Assembly: GCA_963668175.1 (NCBI GenBank)
Contig: OY764159.1
Span: 3,712,001-3,776,000, forward strand
Reading direction: 5' to 3'
DNA length: 64,000 nucleotides
From: Syntrophales bacterium
GTDB taxonomy: Bacteria; Desulfobacterota; Syntrophia; Syntrophales; PHBD01
Under the pieces are notes generated by a model. It was not told the DNA's origin. It searched no databases and was given only the letters and a program-made list of their open reading frames with translations. Of this stretch, positions 47,804-58,652 are shown piece after piece. The position numbers were made by a program, and so were the translations under genes. Position 1 is the first letter of the stretch. Each line of letters starts with the position of its first letter.

Positions 47804-49969
47804 TCACTTTTTCCCCGCCTTGGCCAGTGCTTCCTTCACACGCTCTGGCGTCATGGGCATCTTATACAGCCTGACCCCGGTCGCATCGAAAATCGCATTG
47901 GCAATGACGGCACCGACGCACGTGATGGTCGGCTCGCCTCCTCCCTGCGGCGGAACGGCGTTATTTTCGACGAGTACCGTTTCGATTTCCGGCAGCCACG
48001 AAAAGCGAGGAATGGCATACGTTCCGAAGTTGGTATCCATGATCTTGCCGCCTTGGAACTGAATCTCCTCCCTCAGGGCATAGCCCAGCCCCATGGCGAG
48101 GCCTCCTTCCATTTGCAGCCGTGCACCTTCCGGATTGATCACGATGCCCATGTCCTGAGCACAGACCAGGCGTTTGACCCTCACGTCTCCGGTTTCCCGG
48201 TTGACATCCACTTCCGCCATGGCGGCAACGCATGTTCCGGCATCCATGGAACATGCCATACCCCAACCCCGGCCGCTGGGAGCGGGGACAGCCTGCCATC
48301 CAAATTTTTCGCTTACGGCCTTCAGGGTATTGCACATTCGCCCGCCGGCGAGATGGTCCATGCGGAAGGCCAGGGGGTCTCTCTTGATTGCCGCAGCCAT
48401 GGCATCTACCTGCGATTCCCGGGCGAAGGTATTGCTGTTGTTGCCCGGGGCACGCCACGGCCCCGTGGCAAAGGGATGTGCCCCTTCCTGTCCTGTGTAA
48501 TGCACATAAGCCGTTTCCCGGTGGTGCGGTATGTCATAGAATTGTTCCGCACCCCTTGGCCCGGCATAATAAACATCGTATTTCCAGAAGACGATCCTGC
48601 CTGCTTTATCCAGACCCGATTGGATTTTGACGATCGACGCCGGTCGGAAGGTGTCGTAGAAAAATTCCTCCTGCCTGCTCCACATGACCTGCACGGGTTT
48701 ACCCGTTGCTTTTGCCAGTCTCGCCGCTTCGATGGCCTGCAGGTGATAGCTCTTACCTCCGAAGCCCCCTCCTACAAAAGGCATGATGATATGCACATTC
48801 CGGGCGGGAATGCCGAGAGCCCTGGCAATGGAATCTTTTGCGGGAAACGGTGTCTGCGTCGACGGCCAGACGGTCGCTCTATTGCCATCCACTTTGGCAA
48901 GTGCGGCGTGGGTCTCCATGGCGGCATGGGCCACGTAATGGTCGTAATAGGTCCCGGCGATGGTCATAACCGCAAGTTTTCTCCCTGTGTCCAGATTCCC
49001 CGCTTCCGACACGGTCTCGCCTTCACCGGGCGCCTTGGCCAGAAGATGATCGTGGATGGTACCGTTGTTCAGCCTGCCTTCGGGCGTATCATATTCTGCT
49101 TTAATGAAGGCCAGCGCCTTTTCCGCCGCATCGGGAAGAGCATGAAGAACGGCGACAATATCCGCTTCCTCCACGACGACGGCGCCCGGATAATTTCTCG
49201 CAGCGGAGGTATCGACCTTAAGCAAACGGGCGCCGTGCACGGGCGGCCGCAGTATTCTCGCGTAAAGCATCCCCGGCAGCCGGATATCGGCGGCATAAAG
49301 GGCCGTACCGGTGACCTTTTTCAAGCCGTCCGTGCGGCGGTGAGGCTTGCCCATGACCTTGAACTCGGACGCCTTCTTGACAGCCGGCTTGGCCGGAAGG
49401 TGCCTGGCAATCGCTTTACCGCGGGCCAGTTGGGCATATGTGATTTTTTTCTCCGGGGCCTGGCGATCCGATATGACGCCGTCATTCACGACCAACCGGC
49501 TTCGCGGAACGCCCAGACGCTCGGACGCCATGGTGATGAGGACCATCCGTGCCTCGGCAGCGGCTTCCCGAAGCGGCGGTCCGAAAAACCTCGTGCTCCG
49601 TGAACCGAAAGTACCCATGTCCCAGGGACAGAGATCCGTATCGCCCATGACCATATCGACCCGCTCCACGGCCACATCCAGTTCGTCGGCCAACATCTGG
49701 GCCAGGGACGTGACGATACCCTGCCCCATTTCGATCTTTCCCGTATACAGACTCACCCGGCCGTCGGCAACGATCCGCAGAAAGGCATTGAAATCGGACG
49801 GCAGGTCTTTTCCCGGAACGCGCCGGGAAGCACTCTCCTGCGCGGGCAGGAGGCCGGCAGAGAAGAATACGATGACCCCTCCCCCCGCAGCCTTGAGAAA
49901 ATCACGGCGATTAAGGAAAAAACCCGCCCCGCTTTCAGTTTCCGCGTTTTGTGTCTTGCCTTCGCTCAT
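47804..49969 (-). CDS. Xanthine-dehydrogenase-family molybdopterin-binding subunit (IorB-like)
   Basis: NRRDFLK, KIEMGQG, GTFGSRS, GGGFGGK, WRAPG, QMEGG, GGGEP. Confidence 0.9.
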   Translation of the reverse strand: MSEGKTQNAETESGAGFFLNRRDFLKAAGGGVIVFFSAGLLPAQESASRRVPGKDLPSDFNAFLRIVADGRVSLYTGKIEMGQGIVTSLAQMLADELDVAVERVDMVMGDTDLCPWDMGTFGSRSTRFFGPPLREAAAEARMVLITMASERLGVPRSRLVVNDGVISDRQAPEKKITYAQLARGKAIARHLPAKPAVKKASEFKVMGKPHRRTDGLKKVTGTALYAADIRLPGMLYARILRPPVHGARLLKVDTSAARNYPGAVVVEEADIVAVLHALPDAAEKALAFIKAEYDTPEGRLNNGTIHDHLLAKAPGEGETVSEAGNLDTGRKLAVMTIAGTYYDHYVAHAAMETHAALAKVDGNRATVWPSTQTPFPAKDSIARALGIPARNVHIIMPFVGGGFGGKSYHLQAIEAARLAKATGKPVQVMWSRQEEFFYDTFRPASIVKIQSGLDKAGRIVFWKYDVYYAGPRGAEQFYDIPHHRETAYVHYTGQEGAHPFATGPWRAPGNNSNTFARESQVDAMAAAIKRDPLAFRMDHLAGGRMCNTLKAVSEKFGWQAVPAPSGRGWGMACSMDAGTCVAAMAEVDVNRETGDVRVKRLVCAQDMGIVINPEGARLQMEGGLAMGLGYALREEIQFQGGKIMDTNFGTYAIPRFSWLPEIETVLVENNAVPPQGGGEPTITCVGAVIANAIFDATGVRLYKMPMTPERVKEALAKAGKK

Positions 49970-49977
49970 GATTCCCC

Positions 49978-50442
49978 CTATCTCATGCGGCGGGCGGCGC
50001 TATCGACCGCCGCAACGACGCGTTCATAAGAAGTGCACCGGCACAAATTGCCCTCCATACCTCTGATGATGTCCGATTTTGTAGGGCGCGGGTTTTCCAT
50101 GAGCAGGCCGTATGCCGTCATAATCATCCCGGAAGTGCAAAAACCGCACTGGAGGGCGTCGTGCTCCAGGAAGGCCTCCTGCACCGGGTGGAGTGCGCCG
50201 TCCCGGGCAAGTCCCTCGATGGTCAACACTTCCATTCCTTTAACAGTCCGAACCTGGGTCAAGCAGGATCTTGCCGCCTTCCCGTTGATAAGCACCGTAC
50301 AGGCGCCGCAATGCCCTTCGCCGCATCCGTATTTGGTTCCGGTGAGCCCCAAATCCGTGCGCAGTACCCACAGCAGCGTCCGATCGCCATCGACGTGCAA
50401 ACGGACAGATTTACGGTTGATTCTTACGTCGATATCTTCCAT
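49978..50442 (-). CDS. (2Fe-2S)-binding subunit (IorA/CoxS-like)
   Basis: KYGCGEGHCGACT...C, QCGFCT, NLCRC. Confidence 0.93.
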   Translation of the reverse strand: MEDIDVRINRKSVRLHVDGDRTLLWVLRTDLGLTGTKYGCGEGHCGACTVLINGKAARSCLTQVRTVKGMEVLTIEGLARDGALHPVQEAFLEHDALQCGFCTSGMIMTAYGLLMENPRPTKSDIIRGMEGNLCRCTSYERVVAAVDSAARRMR

Positions 50443-50621
50443 GAGCGGCCCTCCGTCGCTCCATCCTTATTGTTATTGTTCCATTACAGCCTTTTTTACA
50501 TCGTATGTCATGATCGAAAACATGGCCGCTTCAAAGGAATGAGATTCTGACTCAGTTCTTTATGAACCGTACCGATCATCGCTTTCTCGACTGCCGGATT
50601 TGCGCAGCGGCAAAATGAAAT

Positions 50622-50652
50622 AAATGGGGCCCGTGCCACACGCGCCCCATTT
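50622..50652 (-). terminator. Stem-loop downstream of repeat protein copy 1
   Basis: AAATGGGGC/GCCCCATTT stem. Confidence 0.6.
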
Positions 50653-50694
50653 TTCAGAAACAAAGAAGCTCAAAAAATACCCGAGGTCATTTAC

Positions 50695-51069
50695 TCACGG
50701 ATTATCGGGTTTTTCCGCTTTCCCTTTCCTCTCGATCTCTGTTTCGGTCTGGACTTTCTTCGTCTTCTTCGGCTTAAGGCCCTGCTTCTTCGCAGGCCTC
50801 GGAACCCAATTCGGATCTTCCTGGTCCGATGGTGCGGTCTGTTCGACATCAGTCTGGACTTTTTTCTGTTTCTTAGGCTTGATGCCTTTCTTGGCCGGCG
50901 GCCGGCTGACCCAATTGGGATCCTCCTGATCGGACGGCGCAGTCTGTTCACGATCCGTCTTCACCTTGAGCTGTTTCTTCGGAGCAATGGGTTTTTCCTG
51001 GTCCTGGGCAAATGCCGGCAAAGCGAAAATAAATACCATTACTGCTGCCATCAAAATAAAACGTTTCAT
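50695..51069 (-). CDS. Secreted Lys/Pro-rich repeat protein, copy 1
   Basis: SD AAGGAGGTG, signal peptide ending AFA, about 35-aa internal repeats. Confidence 0.85.
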   Translation of the reverse strand: MKRFILMAAVMVFIFALPAFAQDQEKPIAPKKQLKVKTDREQTAPSDQEDPNWVSRPPAKKGIKPKKQKKVQTDVEQTAPSDQEDPNWVPRPAKKQGLKPKKTKKVQTETEIERKGKAEKPDNP

Positions 51070-51184
51070 GAGACCACCTCCTTCTTTAGGATTTTATAGT
51101 ATAATGCGTTGAAGGTATGAATACGAACTTTTCCACTCATGCCGTCGGGCCGATTATCCCCGTGACTTCTGTAGTTATGAATCG

Positions 51185-51218
51185 AAAAAATAGGGCACGC
51201 GCCACACGTGCCCTATTT
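51185..51218 (-). terminator. Intrinsic terminator downstream of repeat protein copy 2
   Basis: AAATAGGGCACG/CGTGCCCTATTT stem with T-run on the minus strand. Confidence 0.75.
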
Positions 51219-51259
51219 GCAAATTCAAAGAAGCTCAAAAAATACCCGAGGTCATTTAC

Positions 51260-51637
51260 TCACGGATTATCGGGTTTTTCGGATTTACCTTTCCTTTCGA
51301 TTTCCGTTTCGGTCTGGACTTTTTTCGTCTTCTTCGGCTTCAGGCCTTTTTTCGCAGGTTCCCTGTACACGGCATCCTTATCTTCCTGGTCGGACGGTGC
51401 GGTCAGTTCGCGGTCCGTCTTTACATTTTTCTGCTTCTTCGGCTTGAGGCCCTTCTTCTTCACTGGCTGGGAGACATTCATGTTCTCCTCGCCGGATGGC
51501 GTTTCCTTCTGGATTTCCGTATCGGTCTTCACCTTGACCTGTTTCTTTGGAGCAATGGGTTTTGTCTGGTCCTGGGCAAACGCCGGTAAGGCGAACATGA
51601 ACACCATTGCTACAGCCATCAAAACGAAACGTTTCAT
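51260..51637 (-). CDS. Secreted Lys/Pro-rich repeat protein, copy 2
   Basis: SD AAGGAGGT, signal peptide, paralog of 50695-51069. Confidence 0.85.
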   Translation of the reverse strand: MKRFVLMAVAMVFMFALPAFAQDQTKPIAPKKQVKVKTDTEIQKETPSGEENMNVSQPVKKKGLKPKKQKNVKTDRELTAPSDQEDKDAVYREPAKKGLKPKKTKKVQTETEIERKGKSEKPDNP

Positions 51638-51753
51638 GCGACTACCTCCTTCTCTATAGGGTTATATTAATTTCTGGCCATGCGTCATGATTCGCCAGTT
51701 GCCAGCTTTTAGTCTGTAACGGACCTCTGTTTCTCCGCGATGAGCATCTGCGT

Positions 51754-52035
51754 TCAATGATACATCGCATTGAACAAACCCTTCGGTTCGCGGTGTGTTC
51801 TTCCGGGTTTATAGACAGGATGGCAGGTTATAAAGGATTCATCAAGAAGCGCATCCTGAGGAGTTACTAACAGAACCATCCGGCACCGCGGGCACTCGTA
51901 ATGAAAATCCCCCGACTGGGGATTGCGGCCCCGTTGCTTGAAGAACTGAGATTGCTGAACCTCTTCCGGAAACCCGGGAATCTCCATTCTGCCTCCCTGA
52001 CCGCAATACGTACATGAGATTTCCCTCGTCATCAT
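51754..52035 (-). CDS. Small zinc-ribbon-like protein
   Basis: CTYC ... CPRC; purine-rich SD. Confidence 0.65.
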   Translation of the reverse strand: MMTREISCTYCGQGGRMEIPGFPEEVQQSQFFKQRGRNPQSGDFHYECPRCRMVLLVTPQDALLDESFITCHPVYKPGRTHREPKGLFNAMYH

Positions 52036-52347
52036 ACCAACTGCCCCTTCCGCCTACTATGTGATGATAGTTTTATGCATACAGAATCAAGGGAATGTCA
52101 GCAATCGGGCATACCCTGATTTCTGGGTTCGAAAATCCTTATTTATCTTTTTCGATTGTTCGATAATGGGCGTCTTGTTTACTATTGACGGACTCTACGA
52201 TCTGACTTGCATTGCACAAGTCGGTCCCATGCTTCGGGGAATATCGCTCACGGAAGGAAATCTGCTCGGACGACCGGACTGTCGGAAATAGAAATTACCT
52301 GGAGAATAGAAGAACGGCACTTCACGATATGGGAAAGAAGGCGGCGT

Positions 52348-52707
52348 CTAGTATTTTATTGCCCTGCCGCTGATTTCAATACCACGTTCGTACCAACCCG
52401 AAACGACAGGTTCACGGATATCGATGATAATGCCGTTGGCGCCGAGTGTCTTGGCTTTTTCTATAAGTTTGGGAACGACATCGATGAACCTCATACGCTT
52501 ATATTCGCCGGGATCCATATAATAGATGTTTCCCAGCGTCGTGAAAGGTTTTTGAACCTCTTCCTCTTTTGAGAAAAATGTCACATCGCCGGAAGTCCAC
52601 GGCAGCGATTCAGGACTCCCGCCAGTCGGAACGGTCTTTGTTTTCGTGCAACCAAAAACGAGAGATAACGATAAAGCGACGATCAGTACCGGTACCATCC
52701 ATTTCAT
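52348..52707 (-). CDS. Small lipoprotein, possibly YbjQ-like fold
   Basis: SD GGAGG, lipobox VFGC, L.EKA..LGANGII...G.AIKY. Confidence 0.7.
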   Translation of the reverse strand: MKWMVPVLIVALSLSLVFGCTKTKTVPTGGSPESLPWTSGDVTFFSKEEEVQKPFTTLGNIYYMDPGEYKRMRFIDVVPKLIEKAKTLGANGIIIDIREPVVSGWYERGIEISGRAIKY

Positions 52708-53146
52708 GCGCCTTTTATCCTCCCTGTCAAATATTCTGGACATCCGTCCCTTGTCCGGCGTCGATCCATCAAAATAGATATGCGATGAAAAATCAAGCAT
52801 ATTTTAACGATATTTGTCCCCGTCCGACTTCGCGGGAAATGAGATAACCTTAAAGTCATACCGCAGGATCGGCATTCAGGATCACGGACGGCAACCATTT
52901 TTCGTTTGTCAAAACCTTGAAAACCCTCCGTGGGTCTATCTCACAGCTATCATTTATGCAGAGTCCGGCGTCGATATATTTCATTGACAACCGTACCATT
53001 TTGTGGTCATTAGCTCCTCGCTTTGCCGATCCGCCAGATCAGGATATCGGTACCATATCTGCCGAAGAGTTCCAGACCGCGGCCTTGGGCAGAAGCTAAC
53101 GGATGCCCTTTTGAGCGGGCTCGGCCGGTTGACAAAAATGAGCCGG

Positions 53147-53181
53147 AGCCATAGGGCGCATGAGAAACCTATGGCTTTTTT
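53147..53181 (+). terminator. Intrinsic terminator inside the lactate permease leader
   Basis: AGCCATAGG/CCTATGGCT 9-bp stem followed by a T-run. Confidence 0.65.
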
Positions 53182-53304
53182 ACTGCCCGCGGAAACGCCG
53201 CAGTCGAGATTTAAAACCGAGAGCTATGATCTCAGGAACGGCGGCGGCAAGAGATGCCATAGCGCCTCGCCGGGAAACAGCGGCAGATCTCAGGAGGAAA
53301 CATC

Positions 53305-54867
53305 ATGTTGATACGGGTCGCTTTGATATTGCTCCCGATTGCCCTGATCCTCTATCTGATGATCAGGAAGAATTACGCGGCCGATACCAGCGGCGTCGCC
53401 GGATGGCTTTTGACGATGGTCATCTCCTTTCTGTTCTTCGGCACAACGCCGGAAGTCGGCCTGATATCTTCCCTTGCCGGCGTCGTCGCGTCCTTTCCCG
53501 TATCCCTGATGGTCGTCACCTCGATTCTGCAAATCACTTTCATGGAGACGACCGGTGCCCTGCAGCGGATCGCCGTCTTTGTAAAAACCTTCGGATCCAG
53601 TGACAGGGCCGTTCAGTTGATGTTGATCAATGTCGGCGCGGGAACGCTGCTGGTTGCGGTCGGTGCGACGCCGGTATCCATTCTGCCGCCGATTCTGGTC
53701 GCTCTCGGCTACTCGACTTTCGTGGCGGTCGCCCTTCCCGCCATCGGCTTCGACGCCCTTTGTACATTCGCTCTTCTCGGAGCGCCCCTCGTCGTATACT
53801 CCGATATGACGGGGACACCGCTGGTGCAATCCGCCCAGGTCTTCGCCAAATTTCTGCCCGTCATATCGACGCTTATCGGATTCGGGATGCTCTGGATCGT
53901 GGGCCGTTGGCGCCTCATAAAAGAAGGTTTCGTCCCCTGCATCATCGCCGGTACGACGAACGGCGGGGTCGCCGTCGCCGTAAGCCATATTCCGCTTCTT
54001 GCCGCCGGGGTGGTCCTGACAGGCGTCATGGCCGGCTTCTGTACGATGATCATTATGCTGCTCTATTTGAAACTGAAGGGATTGCCGATCATCGATCGCT
54101 CCGGTTTGACGGAGGCGGATTTGAAAACCGAACAGGATATGTCGCTCGCAACCGCCCTTTCGCCCTGGTTTATTCTGATAGCGGCCTCCTTCGCCATCAA
54201 TTTCTACCCCCCGTGGTTCGATCTGCTTTATAAAACAATCGCCATGCCCGTGTCGATCATCCCTGGCCAGGTCATGAAGACCAGGATGCTCTGGAATGCT
54301 TATACATGGGTATTGATCAGCACCATAGCATCCGGCCTTTTCATCAGGCCGTCCCGTCCGGCCGTCCGGACGACATTCGCGAAGTGGATCAAACGGGCTC
54401 CCAGGCCTGCCTTCTCCGCCGCCATTTTCTTTGCCATTGCTTTTCTGATGAACAATTCGGGCATGCAGGATCTGGGAACGGTATGGAAAATCGTCACACC
54501 GGACAACAACATGATCTGGGTCCTGTCGCAGGGCTCGGCCCTGGCCTTCGGCACGCTCTACCCGTTCATCAGCGGCTACCTGGGGCTTTTCGGGGGATTC
54601 TTGAGCGGAAGCGAAGCCTCCACCATCGCCATGTTCACCAAATACCACCTGCTGACATCTAAGCTCTTGAATGTCGACGCCCTGATCGTTACCGCCGTCA
54701 CAGCGATAGGCGGCGGGCTGGCAAGCGTCATCTCGCCGGCGAAGTTACAGAATGCCGCCGCGACCATCGACGCCATCGGCATCGAAAACCGCGTCATCAA
54801 AACGGCGTTTGTCATCTCCATCCTGATAACGCTGGTGGCCTCACTGATGGCCATGTTCTTCGCCTGA
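53305..54867 (+). CDS. L-lactate permease family transporter
   Basis: Many TM segments; LGLFGGFLSGSEAS...MF, GGGLASVISP motifs typical of the LctP family. Confidence 0.8.
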   Translation: MLIRVALILLPIALILYLMIRKNYAADTSGVAGWLLTMVISFLFFGTTPEVGLISSLAGVVASFPVSLMVVTSILQITFMETTGALQRIAVFVKTFGSSDRAVQLMLINVGAGTLLVAVGATPVSILPPILVALGYSTFVAVALPAIGFDALCTFALLGAPLVVYSDMTGTPLVQSAQVFAKFLPVISTLIGFGMLWIVGRWRLIKEGFVPCIIAGTTNGGVAVAVSHIPLLAAGVVLTGVMAGFCTMIIMLLYLKLKGLPIIDRSGLTEADLKTEQDMSLATALSPWFILIAASFAINFYPPWFDLLYKTIAMPVSIIPGQVMKTRMLWNAYTWVLISTIASGLFIRPSRPAVRTTFAKWIKRAPRPAFSAAIFFAIAFLMNNSGMQDLGTVWKIVTPDNNMIWVLSQGSALAFGTLYPFISGYLGLFGGFLSGSEASTIAMFTKYHLLTSKLLNVDALIVTAVTAIGGGLASVISPAKLQNAAATIDAIGIENRVIKTAFVISILITLVASLMAMFFA

Positions 54868-54970
54868 CCGGTACGACGAAGACACGCAATTACCTGCGAA
54901 GAAAAAGCGGGAAGCCATAAAGACCTGCCCGCCGTTTCATGAACTTTTGTGAGGGGCCGTGCAGCCAAGC

Positions 54971-55711
54971 TCACGGCATCTTGCGGATGCGCACCTCGAT
55001 ATCCTTTTCGCCCTTAAGCAGCTTGACCAGGACCGACGTGTCCGTATTGCCGAAGTGGTAAGGATAAAGCACCTTCGGTCGGAAGGCCTTAGCTGCGTCC
55101 GCGACCATTTCCGGGGTCATCGTATAGGGAAGGTTCATCGGCAGGAAGGCGATGTCGATTCCTTTGAGGCTTTTCATTTCCGGTGTGTTCTCCGTGTCCC
55201 CGGCGATGTAGACCCGCTTGTCGCCGAATGTGATGACATAGCCGTTGCCGACGCCTTTCGGATGAAAGGGATTTCCCGGAGTCCTCATATGGACGAGGTT
55301 GTAGGCCGGCACCGCTTCGATTTTAAGACCGAGGAGCGTCGTCGTGTCGCCGTTTTTCATGACGGTGCTTCCTTTGAGCTGTTTTGCGACAGTCTCCGTA
55401 ACGACGAATGCCGTATCGGCCTTTTTGATCAGGTCGATCGCCTTGAGATCGAGATGATCGGAATGCTCGTGGGTCACGAGAACGAGATCCGCCTTCGGCA
55501 GCTTTGTATAATCGGCCGAAGCGGAAACGGGATCGATATGAATGACCTTCCCACCATAAGACATCATCAGGGTCCCGTGACCGATGAACGTGATGGCAAG
55601 TTCCCCCTTGGAGGTCTTAACCTTATCGGTTTCAAAAGGAACATTGGCTGCAATACCTGTCGTCGCCAATGTGAGCAAGAAACCTAAACCTAAAATCGAT
55701 ACCTTGTCCAT
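54971..55711 (-). CDS. Exported MBL-fold metallohydrolase
   Basis: GHGT, IDP, THEHSDHLD, AYN...HPKG, AGDTE, PYHF. Confidence 0.88.
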   Translation of the reverse strand: MDKVSILGLGFLLTLATTGIAANVPFETDKVKTSKGELAITFIGHGTLMMSYGGKVIHIDPVSASADYTKLPKADLVLVTHEHSDHLDLKAIDLIKKADTAFVVTETVAKQLKGSTVMKNGDTTTLLGLKIEAVPAYNLVHMRTPGNPFHPKGVGNGYVITFGDKRVYIAGDTENTPEMKSLKGIDIAFLPMNLPYTMTPEMVADAAKAFRPKVLYPYHFGNTDTSVLVKLLKGEKDIEVRIRKMP

Positions 55712-55914
55712 GATCCACCCTCCTTCTTCATGTACGGTTCGGAATCGTAAAAGTCATATCCTGCATTAACCGTTCCGGGCTGTAGCCGATAGCCCCGGCA
55801 CATCAGGGTCATATCCTGTTTAAAGAATCGCTGCGGCTAAGTCAATACGATATTCTTGGAAGATTTCTTGAGCGGAGAATTGCCGCCATCGAAACGGTCA
55901 TGACCTTCACTTTC

Positions 55915-55954
55915 CCATGCGCACAATTGCACATATGGGCAATTGTGCGCATGG
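55915..55954. promoter_or_regulatory. Perfect 16-bp inverted repeat, probable enhancer for a sigma54 activator
   Basis: CCATGCGCACAATTGC-N8-GCAATTGTGCGCATGG about 70-110 nt upstream of a sigma54 promoter. Confidence 0.7.
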
Positions 55955-56025
55955 CACAACTGCCCATTTCACGCCGAAAAAAATATAATCATGCAATATC
56001 AAAGCGCTTTTTTCACAAGCCCTTA

Positions 56026-56041
56026 TGGCACGATTGTTGCC
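56026..56041 (+). promoter_or_regulatory. Sigma54 (-24/-12) promoter
   Basis: TGGCAC-GATTG-TTGCC matches the consensus. Confidence 0.85.
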
Positions 56042-56264
56042 TTATAGTTTGTATCCATGACACATCATTACCAGTAAGACCGTCAGGGTTTCTGAAAAAC
56101 GCCTTATATTGACCTTTTTATGTACACTCGGGCGTAAGTGCACACATGTGAACAGCGAAGCCTCGCTGGAAAAAAGTCAAGTGTTGGTGTTTACAGCTAT
56201 TCCCATCTCTTAGGCTCACTTCCTTAAGGCTTTGCGGATCATTATAAAAAAGGGAGGTATGAGT

Positions 56265-57632
56265 ATGTCCAAGTACGGCAGCAAACTGGCAACACCGGAA
56301 CAAGTGGCTTCATTGGTCAGGGACGGTATGTGGGTTGACTACGGTACGGTACAGTCCCCCCGCGCCTTCGACAGGGCATTGGCCCTAAGGGCAGGCGAAC
56401 TCAAGAACGTTAAGATCCGGGCACTCGGTCATCTGACCCCGTTGGAAGTGATGGAGAAGGACCCGGATGCCAAGAGCTTCTGGATCGCAAACTGGCACAT
56501 TCTCGGTTTCACCCGCAAGTACATCGCCGAAAACCGCGGCACCCATATTCCTTACAACTTCGGCGAATCGGCCCGTATCTACAGGAACGACCTCGATGTC
56601 GACATTGCCGTTCAGACTGTCACTCCCATGGACAAGCACGGGTATTTCAATTTCGGCCCCCTCTGCAACTTCAAGAAAGCGGTCTTCGAGAAAGCCAAGA
56701 TCGTGGTGGTGGAAGTCGTGGAAGACATGCCCTGGTGCTACGGCGGCTACGACGAATGCATCCATATCTCGGAAGTCGATTATGTCATAGAGAACAAGAC
56801 CGATAAGCTGATCACCATCACGCCGCCCGCCGCTACGGAAACGGAGAAGAAGATCGCCGAGCATATCGCGGACATGATCCCGAAGGATGGCCCCTGCATC
56901 CAGATAGGTATCGGCGGCTTGCCGGATATGGTGTTGCGTCTCCTTGCCGACAGCGGTGTCCGCGATATCGGTATTCACACGGAGATGGTCACGGAGGCCA
57001 TCATGGAATTGCATACGGCCGGATTGATTACAGGCAAGAAGAAGACCTTCCTGCCGGAGAAAATCGTCTGGGCGTTCGCCATCGGCAGCCGGAAGCTTTA
57101 CGACTGGATAGATCATAATCCGGCCCTCGCCATGTATCCCGTGGAATTCACAAACGACCCCAACGTCATCGCCATGAACAAGGACCTCATCTCCATCAAC
57201 GCCTGCCTCGGCGTGGACCTTCAGGGCCAGGTAAGTTCGGAGTCGATCGGCTTCGCCGAGTACTCGGGAACGGGCGGGCAGCTGGCCTTTGTCCGCGGCG
57301 CGTATTACCGGGCCACTAAGGGGCAGCCGCCGCTGGGTTATCCGGAAAACAAATCCGTCCTTGCCTTCCAGTCGACTTACAAAGACAAGAACGGGAACTT
57401 AAAGTCGAAAATCACGCCCACGCTCCCCCCGGGCGAAATCGTAACCGTACCGCGCGTGGACGTCTCTTATCTGGTCACGGAATACGGCGTGGCATACCTA
57501 AAAGGGCTCTCCATACCAGAACGGGTTCTGGCCATCACCAAGCTGGCCCATCCCGATTTCCGGGACGGCCTTCTCGAAGAAGCCCGAAAAATGCATTGGC
57601 TCAACAAGCAGTGGTCCCTCGGGGCCATCTAA
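56265..57632 (+). CDS. Acetyl-CoA hydrolase/transferase family CoA-transferase (butyryl/4-hydroxybutyryl-CoA type)
   Basis: [43 protein letters not shown]. Confidence 0.9.
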   Translation: MSKYGSKLATPEQVASLVRDGMWVDYGTVQSPRAFDRALALRAGELKNVKIRALGHLTPLEVMEKDPDAKSFWIANWHILGFTRKYIAENRGTHIPYNFGESARIYRNDLDVDIAVQTVTPMDKHGYFNFGPLCNFKKAVFEKAKIVVVEVVEDMPWCYGGYDECIHISEVDYVIENKTDKLITITPPAATETEKKIAEHIADMIPKDGPCIQIGIGGLPDMVLRLLADSGVRDIGIHTEMVTEAIMELHTAGLITGKKKTFLPEKIVWAFAIGSRKLYDWIDHNPALAMYPVEFTNDPNVIAMNKDLISINACLGVDLQGQVSSESIGFAEYSGTGGQLAFVRGAYYRATKGQPPLGYPENKSVLAFQSTYKDKNGNLKSKITPTLPPGEIVTVPRVDVSYLVTEYGVAYLKGLSIPERVLAITKLAHPDFRDGLLEEARKMHWLNKQWSLGAI

Positions 57633-57714
57633 AGCTGCTAACATCGGAAACAAGGCTGCAGCTGCGCATCCTCGGGCGGCGCCTTCGATTAACTCAGGAG
57701 AAAGGAGTGTCAAG

Positions 57715-58563
57715 ATGGAAATCAAGAAGGTCTGCGTATTGGGAGCAGGATTGATGGGAAACGGCATAGCGCAGGTGTGCGCCCAGGCGGGATATACGGT
57801 GACGCTCAGGGACATCGAGCAGCGGTTCATCGACGGAGGCATGAAGACGATCACGAAGAACCTGAGCAAGGACGTGGAGAAAGGGAAACGGAGCCAGGAG
57901 GAGATGGACGCGATCCTCGGCCGGATCAAGCCGACGCTGGACATGAAGGAAGCGGCGACGGGAGCGGACATCGTCGTGGAAGTCGTGATCGAAGTGATGG
58001 ACGTGAAGAAGCAGGTTTACGCGGAACTGGAAAAGATCGTTCCGGACCACTGCCTCTTCTTCACGAACACGTCGGGACTGAGCATCACGGAAATGGCGGC
58101 GATCACGACGCGTCCGGACCGTTTCATCGGGACGCACTTCTTCAACCCGGTGCCGGTGATGCGCCTCCTTGAGCTCATCCGCGGCCACGAGACGTCGGAA
58201 GCGACGCTGGAGACGGCTAAGGCGTGGGGGAAGAAGATCGGCAAGGAAGTGATCGTGGTGAAGGAAGCGCCGGCGTTTGCGGTGAACCGGATTCTGTGCG
58301 TGATGTTGAACGAGGCGTTCTTTGCGCTGGACGAGGGGATAGCGACGGCGGAGGATATCGACAAGGGGATGGTGCTGGGCTGCAACCACCCGATCGGCCC
58401 GCTGGCCCTGGCGGACCTGGTGGGCAACGAGACGCTCCTGCGGGTGGTGGAAGGCCTGCACCGCGAGTTGGGCGACAAGTACCGTCCGGCGCCGCTGTTG
58501 AGGAAGCTGGTGCGGGCGGGACGCTACGGCAGGAAGACGGGCAAAGGGGTTTACAATTACTGA
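57715..58563 (+). CDS. hbd: 3-hydroxybutyryl-CoA dehydrogenase
   Basis: [43 protein letters not shown]. Confidence 0.9.
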   Translation: MEIKKVCVLGAGLMGNGIAQVCAQAGYTVTLRDIEQRFIDGGMKTITKNLSKDVEKGKRSQEEMDAILGRIKPTLDMKEAATGADIVVEVVIEVMDVKKQVYAELEKIVPDHCLFFTNTSGLSITEMAAITTRPDRFIGTHFFNPVPVMRLLELIRGHETSEATLETAKAWGKKIGKEVIVVKEAPAFAVNRILCVMLNEAFFALDEGIATAEDIDKGMVLGCNHPIGPLALADLVGNETLLRVVEGLHRELGDKYRPAPLLRKLVRAGRYGRKTGKGVYNY

Positions 58564-58652
58564 TCGATCTACGGACGCCATCCTGTCCGGGCTTGTTTGC
58601 CGGCGGGGATAGGCACTGAAGATTCACACTTACGCAAGGAGGCATGTACATT

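Larger units (their letters stand above)
50661..51655. repeat. Tandem gene duplication (unit about 565 bp)
   Basis: 55-nt identical block at 50661-50715 and 51226-51280; homologous SD, signal peptide and terminator. Confidence 0.9.

Noticed and set aside
50650..50715. Conserved hairpin around the TGA stop of both repeat proteins, suggesting selenocysteine readthrough
   Set aside because: The loop seems too close to the UGA for a typical bacterial SECIS, the read-through frames diverge after about 12 codons, and there is no redox motif
50661..51655. Repeats as a possible CRISPR array
   Set aside because: Repeats are in-frame coding units with no constant repeat/unique spacer pattern and no cas genes
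53058..53110. Partial resemblance to fluoride or glycine riboswitch motifs
   Set aside because: Key conserved nucleotides (GAUG/GAC pseudoknot; GGAGA) are missing; kept only as an unclassified leader
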